Virus record (IMG/VR): IMGVR_UViG_3300025117_000080
Location: 1 to 54,710 of that record
Source of the DNA: a virus
Taxonomy: Duplodnaviria; Caudoviricetes
Length of the DNA: 54,710 nt
Strand: one strand, 5' to 3'
Shown here: positions 54,579-54,710 of the stretch, one piece after another
Layout: every line of letters begins with the position of its first letter
Numbering within the stretch: the stretch's first letter is position 1
Made by a program: the position numbers and the translations under genes
Notes under the pieces: model-generated
The model's database searches: none
What the model was told of the DNA's origin: nothing
The model's input: the letters and a program-made list of their open reading frames with translations, nothing else

Positions 54579-54710
54579 CTTTATACTCACCTCGATCTTA
54601 ATAAACTTCAGTTCAGGTTCACACATGCTTATCCTGTTATACCATATACCCTTTGATTGCAATAGCTTTTCAAGCTCGGCAGCGATAGCCAGCGCTTCGC
54701 ATGGCTCCAT
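54579..54710. repeat. Terminal direct repeat, right copy
   Basis: Matches 1..132. Confidence 0.95.

Overview
An apparently complete, circular (~54,578 bp; 132-nt terminal overlap, with a small ORF reading across the junction) genome of a temperate P22-like podophage. The host is unknown; an anaerobic diderm such as a Desulfobacterota member is plausible but is inference only. Nearly all genes are on the minus strand. Modules: (i) packaging/head (terS, terL, portal, scaffold, P22-type coat, gp4- and gp10-like connectors, tail fibre, three ejection proteins); (ii) replication/recombination (ERF, YqaJ exonuclease, SF2 helicase, Zn-ribbon/Toprim primase, RuvC-like resolvase); (iii) immunity/integration (cI, cro, tyrosine integrase, attP carrying the 5' half of tRNA-Pro(CGG)); (iv) counter-defence (Tad1-family sponge, Mom-like DNA modification enzyme). 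The most unusual content: a ~9.6 kb translationally coupled cassette (26.3-35.9 kb) in which six large proteins all carry Sec/lipoprotein signal peptides (two with tail-fibre repeats, four with Pro-Thr linkers), preceded by the same motif+terminator leader that precedes the scaffold/capsid genes; modifying enzymes inside the virion genes (GT-A glycosyltransferase, B12 radical SAM, Tes-like radical SAM, GNAT, FkbM); no recognisable endolysin; paired structured leader RNAs; an RHH-lipoprotein-protease fusion moron; and a 29-aa segment shared by two ejection proteins with mostly synonymous divergence. All family calls are from motif recognition by eye; no searches were run.
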